Below, piece by piece: positions 15,135-28,100 of a DNA stretch of 64,000 nucleotides. The translations under genes were made by a program, and so were the position numbers. Location of the stretch: NCBI GenBank assembly GCA_964016885.1, contig OZ024752.1, forward strand, positions 20,026,001 through 20,090,000. The letters are read 5' to 3'. Each line of letters starts with the position of its first letter. Positions within the stretch are counted from its first letter, which is position 1. Below the pieces are notes generated by a model that was not told where the DNA came from, did not search any database, and worked only from the letters and a program-made list of their open reading frames with translations. Source of the stretch: Eledone cirrhosa (taxonomy: Eukaryota).

Positions 15135-16153
15135 CCCCTTAACACTTTAACCGGCCAGAACTCTTCAAACCTGCCATATCCAGCCAGAATACTCTCACCT
15201 CTTTCTGTTCAAAGCTGCCATATTCAGCCAGAATTCTCTCACCTCATTCTCTTCAAACCGGCCATATCCAGCCAGATTTCTCTCACCTCTTTCTCTTCAA
15301 ACCTGCCATATCCAGCCAGAATTCTCTCACCTCTTTCTCTTCAAACCTGTCATATCCGGACAGTATTCTCTCACCTCTTTCTCTTCAAACCTGCCATATC
15401 CAGCCAGAATTCTCTCACCTCTTTCTCTTCAAACCTGTCATATCCGGACAGTATTCTCTCACCTCTTTCTCTTCAAACCTGTCACATCCAGCCAGATTTC
15501 TCTCACCTCTTTCTGTTCAAAGCTGCCATATCCAGCCAGAATTCTCTCACCTCTTTCTCTTCAAACCTGCCATATCCAGCCAGAATTCTCTCACTTCTTT
15601 CTCTTCAAACCGGCCATATTCAGCCAGATTTCTCTCACCTCTTTCTCTTCAAACCGGCCATATCCAGCCAGAATTCTCTCACTTCTTTCTCTTCAAACCG
15701 GCCATATTCAGCCAGATTTCTCTCACCTCTTTCTCTTCAAACCGGCCATATCCAGCCAGATTTCTCTCACCTCTTTCTCTTCAAACCGGCCAGATCCAGC
15801 CAGATTTCTCTCACCTCTTTCTCTTCAAACCGGCCATATCCAGCCAGAATTCTCTCACCTCCTTCTCTTCAAACTGGCCATATCCAGCCAGAATTCTCTC
15901 ACCTCTTTCTCTTCAAACCAGTCATATCCAGCCAGAATTCGCTCACCTCTTTCTCTTCAAACTGGCCATATCCAGCCAGAATTCTCCCACTTCTTTCTGT
16001 TCAAACCAGCTGCTCATAGTGATGTGAAGGTATTATTCTCAAAATAAATATCAAAATCTCATAGATTCGATATTACGTGAGATAATTATGAAAAATAAAG
16101 TGTTTACTGTGAAAATACAATAGTAAATATAGAGTAATGTAAATGTTAAAGGG
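15135..16153 (+). mobile_element. piggyBac-type MITE with internal 44-bp tandem expansion (~19 units)
   Basis: TTAA|CCCCTTAACA...TGTTAAAGGG|TTAA; internal unit AACCGGCCATATCCAGCCAGAATTCTCTCACCTCTTTCTCTTCA at ~15163-16007. Confidence 0.9.
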
Positions 16154-16440
16154 TTAACTTTACAAGGTGCACCCATGGCTGTGTATTAAGAGGTTTGTTT
16201 CCCTCGGTTCTATTCTATTGTGCGACACTTTGCCAAAATGCAGAGGCATAATTAGGGTATGTCAAGCATGGTATGTGCCATGGGTACCACATGAACTGGA
16301 AACACTTTCCATTATTTGACCACATCATAGACAAATTTGCATCAGTAAAAGCAAGAAAGATGCAATTTTAATTTTCATGTATTGTTTTCTAATAAAAAAA
16401 AAATTAAATTTAAAAAAAAAATAAAAAAAAAAAAAATTAC

Positions 16441-16540
16441 CCTTCCAGCATGTCTCCCTCACTATCCTCCGGCGAAACACCTTCTCTATTCTGTCTGCCA
16501 AAGCCACAGGGCAGCCAGCACATGGGCTTCCATTTCCTCA
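16441..16540 (-). other. Possible internal exon of a host transcript
   Basis: GC-richer unique segment ending in the donor-like AAGG|GTAATT, with a pyrimidine tract upstream; acceptor is weak and the frame ambiguous. Confidence 0.2.
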
Positions 16541-16808
16541 CAATAGTGAGAGATAGGGAGAGTGGGAGAGACAGAGGCAGTGATAGTGGGAGTTTGGTTC
16601 TTGTGTGTTTGGACCTGGCTTTCAATAATTATAAAGTGGATACTAGGCTACGTGCCTCCACATATGTAAACTCAAGTGGAATATTTTCAGCTTGTTTCTA
16701 CTTATTCTTTTTATATATATATTTATGAGCACTATTAAATACCATTGACAAGATTTGAACCTGTGATTTTCTTGCCTCAATAGTCTAATATATATATATA
16801 TATATATA

Positions 16809-17256
16809 TCATCATCATCATCATCATCAACGTTTAACGTCCATGTTCCACGCTTGCATGGGTTTGGACGGGGGTAGTCCCACTTGAGGCAAGAGTGATT
16901 GTCTTGCTCGCATAGGACTGTCTGGCAGGTTTTCTACAGTTGGATGCCCTTCCTAACACCAACCACATTTACAGTGTGGGTCTGGGAGGTTTTTACCGTG
17001 TTGCCTACACGGCCACATTACAGCGTGGACTGTGTGTTTTTTTGTCGTGACACCTACACGATCTCATTTGTTTCGGCCTGGATGGCGCGGCACCAACATA
17101 ACTTTACATAGGACGGGTGGTGTGGATGGGTGGGGGTGGTGGCGGGACGGGGTGTATTTTGTTAGAGATGCCTACTGGCAAGGCGGGTCTTCTCTGTTAC
17201 TGAGTACCGCCAAAGGTCTCGGTCCAGTGACATTGTCTTGGAGAGGTGTAAGTGTG

Positions 17257-17257
<1 letters not shown>
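16809..17257 (-). mobile_element. RTE LINE family B, 3'-terminal fragment
   Basis: (ATC)n tail, 3' UTR nearly identical to 46541-46940, last codons of the ORF with a small deletion across the stop; flanked by (TA)n. Confidence 0.92.
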
Positions 17258-17310
<53 letters not shown>

Positions 17311-17315
<5 letters not shown>

Positions 17316-17958
17316 GGAATAGAATGAAACGAAATTTCATTTCTCACTCTTAGTACGGCACTTACTTAAATGTAAGTATGTATGTATACGTACATACATA
17401 TATGTATACAGACGTACAGTAGTATGTATATATATATACACACATATATATGCACGTATCGGTTTACCGAACATTTATTATAATGCTCGTTTTGTTTGTT
17501 TATAAACAAACAAACAGCCCGAATTACCCCGTACAGTGTTTAGGCAACCACGTCACCTTTTTGTTCAACACTGACACAGGAATGATCTACTAGTTTCAAG
17601 CTTATTAGCTATCGTCAGCATCGTATACCTTCCTGCCAGATGGTTGAACGTCTGAAAGTATATACTTTCCTTATGCATATTAACTGCTGAGCAGCCTAAT
17701 TTGCATATCGAGTGAGTTCAGTCGGCCGGGCACACCGAAAATGATAAATGGAATAGAATGAAACGAAATTTCATTTCTCACTCTTAGTACGGCACTTACT
17801 TAAATGTAAGTATGTATGTATGTATACGTACATACATATATGTATACAGACGTACAGTAGTATGTATATACATGCACACACATATATATGCACGTATCGG
17901 TTTACCGAACATTTATTATAATGCTCGGTTTGTTTGTTTGTAAATAAACAAACAGCCC
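17311..17958 (-). mobile_element. Non-coding 434-bp-period partial tandem (1.5-mer) element carrying a hammerhead; retrozyme or PLE-terminus-like
   Basis: 17311-17520 is repeated at 17745-17958; hammerhead fold lies in the unique part; adjacent to (TA)n; related copy at 39421-39700. Confidence 0.75.
17584..17622 (-). ncRNA. Minimal type I hammerhead ribozyme
   Basis: Minus strand gatg-CTGACGA-t-agct-aata-agct-t-GAAA-ctag-TA-gatc; palindromic loop III; stem I short with one mismatch. Confidence 0.6.
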
Positions 17959-17967
17959 ATAATAATA

Positions 17968-18075
17968 AATAATTGTTTCTACTTTAGGCACAAGGCCAGC
18001 AATTACCCAGTACATTACTGGTACTTTATTTTATCGACCCCGTAAGGATGAAAGGCAAAGTCAACCTCGGTGGAA
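17968..18075 (-). mobile_element. SINE 3' half (MetaSINE-like family)
   Basis: Matches the reverse complement of 3790-3890. Confidence 0.85.
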
Positions 18076-18685
18076 TAAATGTGAAGACTGAAACTCTTTG
18101 TAACTCTTGTTCTATATGTAAGAACTTTTGTCAATAGATAAAAGTAGGCTTGAGTAGATTATGCTATGCTAATGAAATCTAATAAAACCAAAACATGTCT
18201 CAAGTTGTCTTCCTTGCCTGCAAAACTTTTCCTAAGCATGTAAATTAACATTTTGAGATTAATTCTCAAACTTAGGAAATTATCCTCCCTTTTCTTTGGG
18301 AGTTGCTATCACTAGGATTCCGTTTTTTCTCTTTCTCCAACCAACACAAATTTCTATTTTCTTTTCTTGTTTCTTCGCTAAAGCCATTCATTAGATTACA
18401 CCTTAGCTTAATAAAGAAGTGAAATTTGGAAAACAAAACAATAACAAACCGACTTAAATTCCACTTGAATAGTGTTGAAACTACCAGGGGGGGGGGGCAT
18501 AAAGTTAAGCGCACTATTGCCATACTGGGTTATGGTAACCTTAGACAAAACTTGAAGTGGCCACCATATAAAGGCTGTGGTAGAAGCAGCTAAATTTCCT
18601 CCGGTTAACGTCAGATAAATGTCTCAGGTACATACACACCTATAAAAAGACGGGAGGGTTGTAGTTGGAACATTTTTTTAAGAAG

Positions 18686-18932
18686 AGGCTATGTAGCCGG
18701 TAAGAGTGTCAGACACCATGAGTTGCGGCTCGAGTTAAGACAATTTGAAATATTTTCCACCATCAATTGTTAAAAATCAAGTTTAAATCATTTAGTCATC
18801 CATTCGTAAGGTACGTTACACTTTAGTTACATACACACATATCTACACGTAAATACATAAACAGATACAGATAGCAGAAACGCTATAGCGATGTGTGTTG
18901 CGTCCCTTTAGGGTTTACCGGCTACATAGCCT
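18686..18932. mobile_element. MITE-like element with 18-bp terminal inverted repeats
   Basis: AGGCTATGTAGCCGGTAA ... TTACCGGCTACATAGCCT; no clear TSD. Confidence 0.6.
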
Positions 18933-19325
18933 ATTCGGAGTCTGTTTTATCATGTCTAACCTAGCATTAAACAATAACATTTTAAAAACTATTGTTAACA
19001 ATCTTGTCTTATCACTTCCTGCTGATAAACTCATTGTTTCGCTAGGAGACACTCTATAAATACGTGTGTACCTACGTATGTATTTTTCTGTACGATATGT
19101 ATTAAGCCAAGTACACCTGTAGCCAAATATTTGACCTCAAGCCTCCCCCAACTAGCTTAGATATGTGTGTGCGTGTGTATATATATATGAATAATTCGTT
19201 GATAGCAACTTCGAAATCACTGTCAACAAATTACACGTATGTTGGAGTCATTTATTCAATGTTCGCTGTTTTTATGTATTTGAAAACACTTATCTTTAAC
19301 TCCTGTATTTAAATATATATATATA

Positions 19326-19481
19326 TTAATTTTTATTAAAATAACATTAAAGTTTAAGCAATGAATCGCTGCTTTCACCCTTAACGGGATCTTCTGAAAT
19401 ATTTGCTCTACCGTTTTTATATATATATTTATCCTTATCGAGCCCTCTTCGGATTTTAGTCTTCACATTTTTTATTATTAT

Positions 19482-19486
<5 letters not shown>
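19326..19486. mobile_element. Truncated, 5'-inverted PLE-terminus-like element (CAGAWGA hammerhead family)
   Basis: Minus strand ttCAGAAGAtcccgttaagggtGAAAgcagcgattcattgcTTaaac (19351-19400) joined to the plus-strand 3' end tatccttatcgagccctcttcgg...; sits between (TA)n tracts. Confidence 0.7.
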
Positions 19487-19525
<39 letters not shown>

Positions 19526-19746
19526 TTTATTTCTTTAAAAAGTTTAAACTATCTCATGTGTCTGAAACGTAATTACCTACAAAGGTATATTATCAAGATG
19601 TACAAATCTTTTTTTAAAATGTGACTATTAATTAGTTGGTCATCAATGTATGCAAACTTTTCTGAGATTACCACAAAATTCCGGGGTCCAGGTATGGTGT
19701 ATCCTCCCCACCTTAGGTCTTGCGCACACACACACACACACAATAT

Positions 19747-20040
19747 ACAATATATTAATAAATGGAAACTATATTTATAAAACCATATTTATTTTATTAT
19801 ACATATTTCAAGGGCAACCAAACAAATAAAACAAATCTGTATTTTATCTGATGAAAGCGCACCATAATTTGCCTTGGTTGCCCTTGAAATATGTATAATA
19901 AAATAAATATGGTTTTATAAATATAGTTTCCATTTATTAATATATTGTGTATTTACACCACTAATCAGTCGAGTGCTTTATATCAGTTATAAAAATGTTT
20001 AAGCTTGTTGAATCCCAACAAATTAAATATAACCTCTACA
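19747..20040 (+). mobile_element. Fold-back PLE-terminus-like element with hammerhead
   Basis: 75-bp perfect inverted repeat (19747-19821 / 19874-19948), between (CA)n and (TA)n. Confidence 0.75.
19840..19905 (+). ncRNA. Minimal type I hammerhead ribozyme
   Basis: tattttat-CTGATGA-aagcgcacc..ggttgccctt-GAAA-tatgta-TA-ataaaata; 8-bp stem I; predicted cut after 19897. Confidence 0.75.
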
Positions 20041-20051
20041 CATATATATAT

Positions 20052-20153
20052 ATAGGAACGAGTAGGTCCTACTCGTTCCTATTACCCACTCTACTATCCT
20101 AAGTATTGAGTACTTTGGTGCGTTATGGTCCATCTGGTTCCTTACCACATTTC

Positions 20154-20157
<4 letters not shown>
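20052..20157 (+). mobile_element. Short fold-back terminus, same family as 32157-32361
   Basis: 29-nt hairpin taggaacgagtagg-t-cctactcgttccta, then sequence matching the reverse complement of 32160-32245; (TA)n on both sides. Confidence 0.75.
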
Positions 20158-20241
<84 letters not shown>

Positions 20242-20851
20242 TAAGTATCACATCGAAGCTGCACTATATATACACACATGTATATGTACAAGTATTCCTA
20301 GTCTTACTTTTATAAAAGTTTTCTTTTGGCATCATTGCATATGACTAGCTGTAGTTTCACGTAAAGCTTGTTATCAGTATCACTACAAAATTAATGATTA
20401 AGTGACAACTGGTAATAACTGTATAGTGGCTATGACAAACCAGAATTTAATGTTGAAGTAGTGGCGGAAAAAAATTTATGTTGAAATAAAAAAATAAAAA
20501 TAAAAAAATGATATCCCCTACATATGATAGTGCTGAGCCTTTTGATATTTCATAGGAACTCTGCGTACAAAATAAAATCAAAACTATATTTTAAAGAAAA
20601 AAAAACAAGCAGATGGGGTTGAAAGTCATCAGAGACGTTCGTAATGACAATATCAATAATATTATTTTCTTCTAATCACCACAACAGCATCATAAATAAA
20701 AAGCATTTAAATACTTAATGAGATCGATCATATACAGGTAATAAGGACGATTTTAAACATAAGCACCCCTTTAATGGTCGCAACGGTATAATATTGCGAT
20801 ATACACTTCTATACCTGATCAAGCAAATAATACGAAGTTGTACACATACAC

Positions 20852-20895
<44 letters not shown>

Positions 20896-21312
20896 GTGTA
20901 TATATATATTCACACACATTGGGTTGTTCCTTTTTTTAAAAACTGGCAATTACAATTTAATTATCTACTTTCCTTTGAGAATTATTTGTATAGTTCTACC
21001 TTTGATATATACATATATATGCCAACACAAGAGCAAGAATGAAGGGTTCATTCTACTGACATGGCTTTAAAAATGAGGCTTGTTTGCAAACGAATCGTGT
21101 GTTTGCTTGTTTGCAAACGAATCGAATGTTATTATTAATATTCGAAAAACTCAGATTACATTTATTATATATATATATGGCTACTGTATATTATAGGTAC
21201 ATGTGAATGTTCTCTGTAAAAGTGAACAACCATCAGGTTATCGTGAAGCAAACTCATTTAAAGATGGTCGGGTGCTACCCCGCTATGTGTTGATGTGTAT
21301 ATAGAAACTTAC

Positions 21313-21348
21313 CTCGGCCTTAAAGAGAAAGTTGGTTTTCCTCAGCAT
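21313..21348 (-). CDS. Candidate first coding exon (MLRKTNFLFKAE|)
   Basis: Consensus donor GAG|GTAAGT at 21313/21312, in-frame ATG at 21348, CpG-richer unique context. Confidence 0.25.
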
Positions 21349-21356
21349 TACAACGG

Positions 21357-21958
21357 ATGAAGACGAAAGTAACTATTTGTTACTACACTTCAGCCACAAT
21401 ATTAATTGTTGCCGGATTTCGCGGTCCCGAAGCCAGGTTATCATCCATCTCAGACGACGAAGGTAACATATATGCAAGTTAAAATAAGGTAAAACCAAAT
21501 GAGTTTTAAAGTTGTCGATACAGAATCAAGCTATGGTGAAGTGTGATGGCATGAATAGAAATTTAAGGAAATGAGTCGTAATTAAATTCATTCGGTAGGG
21601 GACAGAAAGTTTTGGTAGTAATAGTAGTGGTTTCGGAGGTATGGAAAGGTTAACTGTCGACTGCCTAAAACTACCTTCTCCCTCTGGGACAGAGTGACTC
21701 ACAATGAACTTACTGATTCAGGTAAAGAGCGTACTTTAACGGCATACGAGTCGACTGACAACTATTTACACACAAATAACACATAAATGTCAGCTCTATT
21801 ATATTACATATATGTGGTTATGTGTGTATATACGGGTGTGTGTATATATATATATATTTTTTTTTTTTCTCACAGCTGAAATATTAGCTATTATTCCGGC
21901 AGAAAATCTTTACACCTCCGCAGAACTTTTGCGCTCCAACAAGCTTCTACAGAACTAA
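21357..21958 (+). CDS. Candidate two-exon small ORF (21357-21462 + 21876-21958; 62 aa)
   Basis: ATG...GAAG|gtaaca donor and poly-T ctcacag| acceptor, phase-compatible; no recognisable homology. Confidence 0.2.
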
Positions 21959-22065
21959 TCAAAGGAAGAGCATAGGTGCGGCATACACAGACTCCAAGCC
22001 TGATTTCTCTCTTTACCTGTCTATCTCTCTCACTTTCTCTCTTTCTCAACAGGAAAAGCGGATTG

Positions 22066-22097
<32 letters not shown>

Positions 22098-22098
<1 letters not shown>

Positions 22099-22411
22099 TG
22101 GACCTCCGTCGTTTCCGACGGCGAGTGCTCCAGTTGATTTAATCAACGGAAGTGCTTGTGAAATTAATATGTAAGTGGCTGAGCATTCCACAGACATGTG
22201 TACAATTAACGTAGTTCTCAGGGAGATTGAATGTGACACAATGTATAACAAGACATGGATTACAGGTACATCTCATTTTTGCCAGTTGAATGGATTGGAA
22301 CAACAAGTAATAAAGCGTCTTGCTGAGGGTGACAGGGCACCACCCGGTCCAGGAATCGGACTCAAGACCTGACAATCGTCAACTGCACATGCTAACCAAT
22401 AAGTCACGCAC
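22098..22411 (-). mobile_element. Second tRNA-derived SINE family (~310 bp)
   Basis: Minus-strand head gtgcgtgacttattggttagc...gagtccgattcc (box A/B-like); tail runs into (CA)n. Confidence 0.75.
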
Positions 22412-22562
22412 GTTCACTGTGTGTGGAAGCTTGTGGTATGGATTTCCATACCTGCCATCGATTGGTTGGCACATCGATAATGTTGCCCTCTGAAAAGAAC
22501 GTAAAACAAGGGATTAATTAACTACTTGTCTTATCCTTTCATTGTTTAACAGTGTGTGTGTA

Positions 22563-25154
22563 TCGATATATATAAAGCTGAGGATGTGTGTGTGTTAAGG
22601 TTTGTAACGTATGCACGTCCACAATTTCCAGCGAATTCTATTCAAAGTCGGGACAATTATTGCTTTTGGTCAGGAACAGGTTATGAAGCAAACAAATTTC
22701 AAATCCATCAACAATAAGGACAAAAATCAATCATGATCATTCCCCCTCTCTATAATTTAACTGCTTTACTCTCTCTGTCGCTCTTCACTCCCTATATGAC
22801 AACACTGCAGAGAGAGAAACAATGTTTATGATCAAATGGAGCGTTCCGTATTGACATACGGCTTATTGCAAATAACAACCCGTAAAATAATACGTCATAT
22901 AACAGATTAATGCTATAGACATACGAATCGGAATGTAACCCGTGAACTTTTTCTTGGGCAAAATTATTCGAACAGACATAACCTCATTGCCAGAGTGTTC
23001 AGACTGAAACTGTCTAAACTCATGGCTTTAATCAAAAAGGGTCAGGTATTCCAGGCTGTAAAATGTGACATGTTCAACGTCGAATGGCAAAAACGAGGGC
23101 TGCCACATGCTCACATTTTGATTTGGTTAGCTGATAAAATCAATTCAAATGCCATAGACAGCTTTATTTCGGCTGAAATCCCTAACCCAGCAACTGACCA
23201 GGAATTACATGACATCGTCAAAGCTAACATGGTCCGTGTGCGTCGGGTCCTAATTAACATCACACGTGTTTGAAAGGGGGGTCGTGCAGTAAGGGATACC
23301 CCAAAACATTTGTTGACCAGACTCAGAATGGTGGCGACATGGGTGGGAGTGAATTGGTGACGTATGACTTGCCGTCAGAGAGGAAGCTAACACGTTGGCC
23401 CCGGATGTGTTGCGGGAAACAGCATATGACATCGAATCTCTTTCCCAATACTTAGAGAAAAATGAGCACAAACGTCTGTCGGATCAAAGGTTGACCTATT
23501 TAACTATCATTGACACAGTCAAAATCAGATTGGGGGTATTTACTTTCTCGATACTCCTGGGTGTACCGGTAAAACTTTTGTAACGAAATTGATTCTCGCT
23601 AAGATTCGTCAGGAGAAGAAAAAAATTGCGTTGGCCGTTGCATCGTCCGGGATCGCTGCTACTTTGCTACCGGGAGGCAGGACAGCACATTCAACATTTA
23701 AACTCTCCTTGGATTTAGTAAAAACTGAGACACCAACTTGCAATATCAGCAAGAGTTCACACGAAGCTCTGGTTCTAAAAAAATGTTGCCTCATTGTTTG
23801 GGATGAGTGCACAATGGCACACAAGGGTGCCCTTGAGGCATTGGACAAGACCCTGAAAGACATTAGAGATTCTACGGCTCCTATGGGTGGCGTAACCCTT
23901 CTGCTATCAGGGGATTTTCGGCAAACGCTGCCTGTCATCCCCAAAGGGACAAGAGCTGATGAAGTGCGTGCTTGCCTTAAGAGGTCCATGTTGTGGCTCC
24001 AGGTGAAGAGTTTGTACCTGAGCACAAATATGCGTGCTCATTTGCATGGTGACAACATGTCTATTGCATTTGCTCAGAACATTTTAGCACTTGGCGAGGG
24101 CAAGGTCCCTGCGGATGACAAGGGCGACATAGCAATCGACTCCCTGTGCAACATTGTGAGCAGCCCTTCTGACCTTTGGGAAGCAGTTTTTCCTAATGTC
24201 TTATCTAACTTTAAAAACCTCGTTTGGCTCAGCGAAAGAGCCATCCTTGCTCCGAAAAATACTATGGTTAATTTTATTAACGAGCAGCTGATTGAGAAAA
24301 TTCCCGGTAAAGAGCACATCTTCAAATCTATCGAGCGGACGTCAGACCCCGACGATATCGTTAATTATCCGGTTGAGTTATTAAATTCCCTTGAGCCCCC
24401 AGGGCTCCCACCTCACATTCTTAAGCTTAGGCTTGGCTGTCCCATTATGCTAATAAGGAAATTGCGTCCACCAAAGCAGTGCAACTGTACTCGCATGGTC
24501 GTCAAGTCACTGACGCCCCACTCTATTGAGGCCACCATTTTAACGGGGTGTAGGAGAGGGGAGAATGTTTTCATTCCAAGGATGAACCTTTTCCCCTCGG
24601 TGTCAGATAACCTGTTCGATTTCCAGCGACCGCAATTCACGGTGAGACCATGTTTTGCCATGTCCATTAACATGTCACAAGGGCAAACATTGTCGGTAGC
24701 GGGCATCCATTTGGGGGAGCCATGCTTCTCCCATGACCAACTTTATGTTGCCTGTTCCCGCGTAGGGAGCAGGAATGGACTTTTTGCTTACACTCCTCAA
24801 GAGATGACACGCAATATCGTCTACAAAGAGGTGCTATAGATGTTGGGGCAGGTGTTGGATGTGTTGGAACTATGCTGTCTGGAAAACTTGTAGGGTCACC
24901 CATGGCGGATAGATCTGACACCCAGCGACATCAGGGCCACCATCTTGCAGCTTTGGTCAACTAAATTCGCTATTGGAAGATTATTAACCCATCAATGATT
25001 GTCCAAAATGCTAATTGTTTCGTAACTTTTAATAACCGGTTCAACTGCTTTATGCACTTAATTGATAAGCTTATTCGCTTTCAAGCTACGTTTACCTGAT
25101 GCAACTTTTCATAGCAAATGAACAAACCCGAGCAACGCCGGGTTAAACTGCTAG
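22563..25154 (+). mobile_element. Helitron, copy 1 (internally deleted RepHel)
   Basis: A|TC 5' end; 3' hairpin cccgagcaacgccggg then CTAG; Rep and helicase remnants. Confidence 0.93.
22995..24839 (+). pseudogene. Helitron RepHel pseudogene (HUH Rep motif II + Pif1/SF1B helicase)
   Basis: VEWQKRGLPHAHILIW; ASSGIAATLLPGGRTAHSTF, IVWDE, GDFRQTLPV, SQGQTL, QLYVACSRV; frameshifts and a ~1 kb deletion relative to copy 2. Confidence 0.93.
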
Positions 25155-28100
25155 TCTATATATATATAAAGCTGAGGATGTGTGTGTTAAGGTTTGTAAC
25201 GTATGCACGTCCACAATTTCCAACGGATTCTATTCAAAGTCGGGACAATTATAGCCTTTGTTCAGGAAAAGGTCATGAAGCAAACAAATTTCAAATCCAT
25301 CAATAATAAGGGCAAAAATCGATCATGATCATTCCCCCTCTCTATAATTTAACTGCTTTACTCTCTCTGTCGCTCTTCACTCCCTATATGACAACACTGC
25401 AGAGAGAGAAGCAATGTGTATGATCAAATGGAGCGTTCCGTATATTCCCTCTCTCTATAATTTAACTGCTTTACTCTCTCTGTCGCTCTTCACTCGCTAT
25501 GTGACAACACTACAGTGGAGCGTTCCGTATTGATATACGGCTTATCTGGGGAATTTTCAATCAGCTTATTGCAAATAACAACCCGCAAAATAATACGTCA
25601 TATAACAGATTAATGCTATAGACATACGAATCGGAATGTAACCCGTGAACTTTTTCTTGGGCAAAATTATTCGAACAGACACGACCTCATTGCCAGAGTG
25701 TTCAGACTGAAACTGTCTAAACTCATGGCTTTAATCAAAAAGGGTCAGGTATTCCAGGCTGTAAAATGTGACATGTTCAACGTCGAATGGCAAAAACGAG
25801 GGCTGCCACATGCTCACATTTTGATTTGGTTAGCTGATAAAATCAATTCAAATGTCATAGACAGCTTCATTTCGGCTGAAATCCCTAACCCAGTAACTGA
25901 CCAGGAATTACATGACATCGTCAAAGCTAACATGGTCCGTGTGCGTCGGGTCCTAATGAGCATCACACGTGTCTGAAAGGGGGATCGTGCAGTAAGGGAT
26001 ACCCCAAAAGATTTGTTGACCAGACTCTGGTGGCGACGGGTACCCCCTGTACAGGCGGAGACGGCCCGAGAACGGTGGCTTCACCACAACAGTGAAGGGA
26101 GGTCAAGTCGACAATAGATGGGTGGTCCCTTACTGCTCGCTTCTCTTGAAGATGTTCAACGCCCACATCAACGTTGAGTTTTGTACCTCCGTCAAGTCGA
26201 TAAAATACATATGCAAATATGTAAATGAGGGCTCTGATGCCGCAATGTTCGCATTTCAAGCTGAAAATAGCAGGGACGAGGTGACAATACCTGGCGGGGT
26301 GGTACATCAGTAACAATGAAACTTTTTGGCGCCTATTTGGTTTACCTCTACACCAACGGCACCCACCATCGTACAGCGTGCGGTACATTTGGAAAATGGG
26401 CAAAGGGTTTACTTTACGAACCAAACCGCCGTCAAGTTGGCCGCTGAAAGAGACCACTCTGATGGGTTTCTTCAAACTTTACCAATTCGATACATTTGCG
26501 CAAACAATTGTGTACCCCCGGTTCCATCCTACTTTATATGGTCAAAAAACACTTGAGTGCGAAGAAAGTCAGGTCAGGCTATTGAAAGACATCCTGGTGT
26601 AAAATGTGACAGCTGTCTTGGAAGTCAGCATGAGTGCTTTCATCTCCGCCTTCTTCTGCATGAAGTTGTAGGCCCACAAAGTTTTCAGGACCTCAAAACT
26701 GTTGATGGAGAAATATGTGATACGTACCGGGAAGCCTGCTTTAAGCGTGGTCTTTTGGAAGATGATTCGCAATGGGATTCCACTTTAGCAGAGGCTGCTT
26801 TGTTGAAATCACCTAAAGGTCTACGGGAACCCTTTGCCATTTTGCTTCAAAAGTGTGAATTGGGTGATCCCAAATCTTTATGAGTCAAGTACAGAGAATT
26901 CATGTCTGAAGACTTCCTGTGCCTGGCTCATCTGCAGTATCCTTCAGTGGAAGTTAGTTACAGCCACATTATCTACAACAGGGTACTCATTGATATCGAG
27001 GACGCCCTCCTCGACATAGGTGGGAGTGAGTTGGCGACGTATGGCTTGCCGTCAACCGTCAGAGAGGAAGCTAACACGTTGACCCCGGATGTGTTGCGGG
27101 AAACAGCATATGACATCGAATCTCTTTCCCAATATTTAGAGGAAAATGAGCACAAACTTCTGTCGGACCAAAGGTTGGCCTATTTAACTATCATTGACAC
27201 AGTTCAAAATCAGATTGGGGGTATTTACTTTCTCGATACTCCTGGGTGTACCGGTAAAACTTTTGTAACGAAATTGATTCTCGCTAAGATTCGTCAGGAG
27301 AAGAAAAAAATTGCGTTGGCCGTTGCATCGTCCGGGATCGCTGCTACTTTGCTACCGGGAGGCAGGACAGCACATTCAACATTTAAACTCTCCTTGGATT
27401 TAGTAAAAACTGAGACACCAACTTGCAATATCAGCAAGAGTTCACACGAAGCTCTGGTTCTAAAAAAATGTTGCCTCATTGTTTGGGATGAGTGCACAAT
27501 GGCACACAAGGGTGCCCTTGAGGCATTGGACAAGACCCTGAAAGACATTAGAGATTCTACGGCTCCTATGGGTGGCGTAACCCTTATGCTATCAGGGGAT
27601 TTTCGGCAAACGCTGCCTGTCATCCCCAAAGGGATAAGAGCTGATGAAGTGCGTGCTTGCCTTAAGAGGTCCATGTTGTGGCTCCAGGTGAAGAGTTTGT
27701 ACCTGAGCACAAATATGCGTGCTCATTTGCATGGTGACAACATGTCTATTGCATTTGCTCAGAACATTTTAGCACTTGGCGAGGGCAAGGTCCCTGCGGA
27801 TGACAAGGGCGCCATAGCAATCGACTCCCTGTGCAACATTGTGAGCAGCCCTTCTGACCTTTGGGAAGCAGTTTTTCCTAATGTCTTATCTAACTTTAAA
27901 AACCTCGTTTGGCTCAGCGAAAGAGCCATCCTTGCTCCGAAAAATACTATGGTTAATTTTATTAACGAGCAGCTGATTGAGAAAATTCCCGGTAAAGAGC
28001 ACATCTTCAAATCTATCGAGCGGACGTCAGACCCCGACGATATCGTTAATTATCCGGTTGAGTTATTAAATTCCCTTGAGCCCCCAGGGCTCCCACCTCA

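Noticed and set aside
18272-18523. 83-aa minus-strand ORF as a gene
   Set aside because: No homology recognised and splice signals are weak; kept only as a possible exon.
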